A stretch of DNA of 64,000 nt from Chiloscyllium plagiosum (lineage: Eukaryota). The notes under the pieces were generated by a model. That model had not been told where the DNA came from, made no database searches, and saw only the letters and a list, made by a program, of their open reading frames with translations. The DNA is taken from NCBI RefSeq assembly GCF_004010195.1, contig NC_057711.1, positions 82,774,046 through 82,838,045 on the forward strand, in the 5' to 3' direction. Made by a program: the position numbers and the translations under genes. Below are positions 63,815 to 64,000 of the stretch, piece by piece; the stretch's first letter is position 1, and every line of letters starts with the position of its first letter.

Positions 63815-64000
63815 TAGGTTCCCTACAGTGTGGAAACAAGCCCTTCGGCCCAACAGTCCACACCGATCCTCTGAAGAGTAACCACACATACCCATTGACT
63901 AATACACCTAACACTATGGGCAATTTAGCATGGCCAATTCACCTGACTTGCACATCTTTGGACTGTGGGAGGAATCCGGAGCACCCGGAGGAAACCCACG
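63815..64000 (-). mobile_element. HE1-type V-SINE, cut by the window end
   Basis: Tail and V-domain on the minus strand. Confidence 0.85.

Noticed and set aside
45216..64000. Next SLC28A3 exon (expected TFLxYTDAGAxFVFG-like)
   Set aside because: Candidate acceptors near 46490, 46618, 46970, 56554 and 56667 give no CNT-like translation; the exon is probably beyond the window, though a manual scan can miss it.

Overview
Eukaryotic genomic DNA from an elasmobranch (shark/ray), inferred from HE1-type V-SINEs and CR1/HER1-type LINEs. The window lies inside a + strand concentrative nucleoside transporter gene, best matching SLC28A3/CNT3. Three phase-compatible internal coding exons are present (9250-9439, 17412-17556, 45102-45215); the flanking exons were not found and probably lie outside the window. 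The introns consist mostly of nested mobile DNA: decayed CR1 LINEs, Rex1/Babar-like fragments, eight HE1 SINEs, solo LTRs and many Penelope-like element (PLE) fragments. The most notable unannotated signal is more than a dozen minimal type I hammerhead-ribozyme motifs from at least three sequence families in the PLE terminal repeats. These include a young TSD-flanked insertion with hammerheads in tandem 320 nt apart (retrozyme-like) and a ~100-bp insertion whose 5' end falls at the predicted self-cleavage site. One host exon also begins with a potential recursive-splicing donor (AG|GTAAGA). Hammerheads in PLEs are known in general; activity and novelty of these copies cannot be established from sequence alone.
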